A DNA stretch of 63,040 nt, the filler included, from Sphacelaria rigidula (taxonomy: Eukaryota), in the NCBI GenBank assembly GCA_964200075.2. It is 7 parts of 7 records of this genome, joined end to end, with 100 filler letters (N's around TTAATTAATTAA, not from the genome) between each part and the next. Parts side by side here need not be neighbours in the genome. Positions count along the whole stretch, not along the records: positions 54,122 to 63,040 come from CAXNAA020009754.1; 6 more parts are not named here. One strand, 5' to 3'. The notes beneath the pieces are model-generated. The model had not been told where the DNA came from and did not search any database. It saw only the letters and a list, made by a program, of their open reading frames with translations. Below, piece after piece: positions 62,524-63,040 of the stretch (the stretch's first letter is position 1; each line of letters starts with the position of its first letter). The position numbers and the translations under genes were made by a program.

Positions 62524-63040
62524 GTGCGTGCAATTACGGTGTTGACGAACAGATTTGGTCAAAGATGTCTTTGACCAGTGTGTAGCGATACAGTATCTGA
62601 TTGGATAGTGCGCACTTTGATTGATTGATTGATTGTCGCACTTTAACTGACCACCCATGGGTCCAGCCGTGGGCGCATGATAGGCGTACCCAAGAACAGC
62701 AAAACTGAAACACTCGTTCAAGAAAACGAAGGAGCGGAAAAAAGTCGAACAGAACCACATGGTAGACTAAGGCCACTCCTTATAACAGACAAGAATAAAA
62801 ATCTGAAAAAGTGCCTTTTTGGAGCTTCCACCTCGTTTTACGCCCCAAAAGAGAGCTTGGCGATGTTCGACGCCTTGGAATGATTTGCTCTACTAGTTGA
62901 GGCGGTCCCAGGACATCTTCCCGTTTTCTGGTGGCCGCAGTTATTTTTTTATCTAACAAGAATTTTCGTCGAAGAACGATAAAGAGCAGTCCAATCAGGC
63001 CGCTTCTTGAAATAAACAAAAATAAAAACCCAGAAAAATG

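Overview
Eukaryotic, intron-rich and repeat-rich DNA with the hallmarks of a brown alga (Phaeophyceae, Ectocarpus-like; an inference from exon style, the 72-nt LRR exon and TTAGGG-type repeats). It is not one locus. Seven unrelated contigs of 8,919-8,921 bp are joined by artificial 100-bp linkers (N44-TTAATTAATTAA-N44), so synteny across linkers is meaningless. Supportable host genes, all partial: a single 72-nt LRR exon inside a ~5.5-kb duplicated intron unit; an armadillo-repeat exon; six exons of a YHYH-domain protein ending in a GPI/TM-like tail; five exons of a MAP3K-epsilon/Cdc15/SepH-like kinase; six exons of a mitochondrial-carrier-family protein with a long N-terminal extension; and a divergent F-box-like exon. 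Mobile DNA: a 5'-truncated LINE, a decayed Ty3/Gypsy element, tRNA-derived SINEs and several MITE/fold-back families. The most notable observation is an apparent retroposon pair, a LINE and a ~570-bp non-coding element. They share a 3' end (ATGAGTAC[A/G]), lack a poly(A) tail and repeatedly sit at poly(C)/poly(G) runs with 10-14-bp target-site duplications. Also notable: a ~42-bp-period array of palindromic CAATATATATTG motifs with unique spacers, 82-bp tandem arrays capped by a hairpin, and a 220-nt intronic hairpin resembling a miRNA precursor.
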